Shown piece by piece: positions 57,637 to 59,997 of a DNA stretch of 59,997 nucleotides. Source of the DNA: Promethearchaeota archaeon (GTDB lineage Archaea > Asgardarchaeota > Hermodarchaeia > Hermodarchaeales > Hermodarchaeaceae); the NCBI GenBank assembly GCA_048938385.1, contig JBHLMG010000015.1, forward strand, positions 1 to 59,997, written 5' to 3'. The position numbers were made by a program, and so were the translations under genes. The notes under the pieces were generated by a model that searched no databases, was not told where the DNA came from, and saw nothing but the letters and a program-made list of their open reading frames with translations. Each line of letters starts with the position of its first letter. Positions within the stretch are counted from its first letter, which is position 1.

Positions 57637-57966
57637 ATGTCGAAAGATCAAAAACAAAACGAGGACCAAGAGGAAGACAAAGAAGCCTCCGAAGCCCCGA
57701 AGATGATTGACATCGCTTCCCTCCCCATCTGGCAGATTATTCCCTTTTTTATGGGCATTCTCGACCGAGTTGCGTGGCAGAAGATAGGACTCGTTGTAAA
57801 CCCTACATCACAGGAGATAGAAAAGGACTTAGAACAAGCTCACCTGGCTATTGACGCTTACGAATACCTGCTAGGTCAAGTGAGTAAGCAGCTTGAACAA
57901 GAGACCAGGCAAGCTTTTGAGGCTAGGTTAACAGATTTAAAACTCAACTACGCAAAACAAGCTTAA
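57637..57966 (+). CDS. DUF1844-like protein
   Basis: AWQKIGLVVNP....EKDLEQAHLAID...LTDLKLNY. Confidence 0.75.
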   Translation: MSKDQKQNEDQEEDKEASEAPKMIDIASLPIWQIIPFFMGILDRVAWQKIGLVVNPTSQEIEKDLEQAHLAIDAYEYLLGQVSKQLEQETRQAFEARLTDLKLNYAKQA

Positions 57967-57979
57967 GGGTGAAAATCTG

Positions 57980-59044
57980 ATGCCAGTAGAACCCAGGGCG
58001 CACCGCATGTCCTTACCAGGAGAAGTCGTGATTGGTTCCGGTGTTGTACATCAACTCGGTGAAGTTGCCCAACGAGTGGTACCCTCTCGACGCGCAATCA
58101 TGATTACGAACAAAGACTTGATGAAAATCGTGGGAAACGATGCCATCGCTGCCTTGGAAAAAAGTAATTTCAGCGTTGAAGTCGTTTACATCGGATTAGC
58201 TACTGAGGAAGCCGTCGAAAAATCTTGTGACGACCTTCGAAAACATAGTGCGGGAGTTGTTGTTGCAGTTGGTGGAGGATCTGTTATTGATACTGCAAAG
58301 CTTTGTTCTACCACTGAAAAACAATCCTTCATAAGCGTTCCAACCTCTGCAGCCCATGATGGGATTTCTAGCCCGCGAGCCTCTATTAAAAAAGAAAATA
58401 CCTCGGTTTCGGTTCAGGGACAATCTCCGATAGCCATCGTTGCGGATACCCACATCGTCGCTCAAGCCCCTTTTCGGTTCACGGCAGCTGGATGTGGAGA
58501 TTTAATTTCAAAGATTACTGCTGTTAGAGATTGGAAACTGGCTCATACCTTAGGGTATGAATATTACGGAGAATATGCAGCCTCTCTCTCACTCATGGGA
58601 GCGAACATCATTATGGAGAATGCCCACACCGTGAAACCAAATGATGAACAAAGCGTTCGGTTGGTACTAGAAGCCCTAATTGCTAGCGGCATCGCTATGG
58701 GGATTGCAGGATCCAGTCGACCAGCAAGCGGTTCCGAACATAAATTTAGTCATGCCCTCGATCAAATTGCCAGTAAACCCGCGTTGCATGGTGAACAATG
58801 TGGACTTGGAACTATTATGATGGCTTATCTACATGCAATCGATTGGGATGAAATCCGCACAGCTCTAGCGACAATCGGAGCCCCAACTAAAGCCTCCCAA
58901 TTAGGGTTTAAGGCTGAACACATCATTGAAGCCTTGACCACAGCGCATGCCATTAATCCAACCCGGTACACAATTTTAGGTGACCGAGGACTCACTGAAA
59001 AAGCAGCTGAACGGCTTGCACGAATCACAGGTGTCATTGAGTAA
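57980..59044 (+). CDS. egsA: sn-glycerol-1-phosphate dehydrogenase
   Basis: GGGSVID.AK, PTSAAHDGISS, TAVRDW, SSRPASGSEHKFSHALD, LHGEQCG, RYTILG. Confidence 0.95.
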   Translation: MPVEPRAHRMSLPGEVVIGSGVVHQLGEVAQRVVPSRRAIMITNKDLMKIVGNDAIAALEKSNFSVEVVYIGLATEEAVEKSCDDLRKHSAGVVVAVGGGSVIDTAKLCSTTEKQSFISVPTSAAHDGISSPRASIKKENTSVSVQGQSPIAIVADTHIVAQAPFRFTAAGCGDLISKITAVRDWKLAHTLGYEYYGEYAASLSLMGANIIMENAHTVKPNDEQSVRLVLEALIASGIAMGIAGSSRPASGSEHKFSHALDQIASKPALHGEQCGLGTIMMAYLHAIDWDEIRTALATIGAPTKASQLGFKAEHIIEALTTAHAINPTRYTILGDRGLTEKAAERLARITGVIE

Positions 59045-59211
59045 AAGACAACTTCACAGCAGATTTTTGAAGCGTTTGCGGAATGTGTTTTACAGGCTTT
59101 AGATGAATCCCTTAGTTTAAAGCGAAGTTAGAAAACAGCAATTTTGCGACAAGCTTATGAGCCCAAATTTGCATGTGCTTGTAACTACCTATAATCGGGG
59201 AATCGAGCGCA

Positions 59212-59997
59212 ATGTTTAAGACAAGTTCAGAATATTTCCCAGCCGAATCTAAAATCCTTAAAGATATGCCCTGGGTCGGACGTGTCTCTTTTATTGACAT
59301 TAAAGACAAAGTCAAGGAAATCAGCACTCGACCAATTATGTGCTCAAATTGCGGTGCTGCTTTGACTAATCCAGATTTAATAAAAGATGATCTGTCCAAG
59401 GGGAAGACATTCAATTGTGAATTCTGTGGCACCCTGAATGTCATTCCAAAGGACCTCATGCCTGGTACCGACCTGTCAGAATTCATGCTTGGTCAACTCA
59501 CCACTGCAAAGCCCATCACCGAAGATACCCTCCTTTCCGTGATTGATATATCAGGATCGATGGGAGGCGGTAAACTTGCAGCGGTTAAAGAATCCCTCAT
59601 CCGCACTGTTACTGATTTGGGTGTCAATGCACCGAAAACCACCTTTGGACTCCTCGCATTTCATACCGAGGTCTACTGCTACGATGAAAACATGAAGAAA
59701 ATCTTCACCCTCTCCGGTGACATGCGCTACAGTGTCGAAGAAATCACCAAGACCGTGGAAAAACACCTGAAGCAGATTGAGCTGCAACCTTTGGAGAAAA
59801 ACAAATCCAAGTGGATACAGAACATCACTAAACTTCGCAGTCTCGACATGACTGCACTAGGCCCAGCAATGGTCGCCGCCTATGTCATCATGAAAGACCG
59901 CGGTGGACGCGTTATCCTCTTGACCGATGGCCTCGCAAACGAAGGGGTTGGAGCTTTAGAGGGCAGTTCCACAACGGGTGCCCAACTCTACGCTGAT
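59212..59997 (+). CDS. Sec23/Sec24-like protein (Zn finger + vWA trunk), 3'-truncated by the window edge; absent from the ORF track
   Basis: Manual translation: MFKTSSEYFP...RPIMCSNCGAALTNP...FNCEFCGTLN...VIDISGSMGG...FGLLAF...TALGPAM...GGRVILLTDGLANEGVGAL; no stop to the window end. Confidence 0.85.
   Translation, partial: MFKTSSEYFPAESKILKDMPWVGRVSFIDIKDKVKEISTRPIMCSNCGAALTNPDLIKDDLSKGKTFNCEFCGTLNVIPKDLMPGTDLSEFMLGQLTTAKPITEDTLLSVIDISGSMGGGKLAAVKESLIRTVTDLGVNAPKTTFGLLAFHTEVYCYDENMKKIFTLSGDMRYSVEEITKTVEKHLKQIELQPLEKNKSKWIQNITKLRSLDMTALGPAMVAAYVIMKDRGGRVILLTDGLANEGVGALEGSSTTGAQLYAD

Noticed and set aside
59112-59787. Minus-strand ORFs 59112..59486 and 59551..59787
   Set aside because: Antisense to the Sec23/24-like gene
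1-59997. CRISPR arrays, tRNA/rRNA genes, IS elements, selenoprotein UGA read-through
   Set aside because: No regularly spaced repeats, T-loop GTTCRA cloverleaves, transposase motifs or in-frame UGA at Cys positions were noticed by eye; tRNAscan-SE and CRISPR finders would be needed to exclude them formally

Overview
Gene-dense chromosomal segment of an archaeon, very probably an Asgard archaeon. Support: egsA (archaeal lipid backbone) plus three eukaryotic-signature-type genes, namely a two-domain gelsolin, a longin-like/small-GTPase fusion and a Sec23/Sec24-like Zn-finger+vWA gene that runs off the right edge and is missing from the ORF track. The lineage within Asgard cannot be fixed from this window. 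Housekeeping content: a DtxR-feoB-small Cys-rich iron-uptake operon with a clear operator, thioredoxin, grpE-dnaK-dnaJ, tldD/pmbA, and many peptide/amino-acid catabolism genes (two PepF, M32 carboxypeptidase, ilvE, iorAB, acdA, tdh/kbl, SatP-type transporter). I found no rRNA, tRNA, CRISPR array, transposase or integrase by eye. Best leads: (i) a ~1.5 kb module between ilvE and iorB with a PD-(D/E)XK nuclease-like gene, an RHH-like gene and a multi-stem structured intergenic element with possible kissing loops; (ii) a tandem paralogous pair of long coiled-coil + C-terminal winged-helix proteins; (iii) a membrane-anchored clostripain homolog lacking both catalytic residues; (iv) a ~65-aa Arg/Trp-rich insertion inside the FeoB GTPase; (v) a 10-bp inverted repeat upstream of grpE. 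All assignments come from motif recognition by eye; no searches or folding programs were run.
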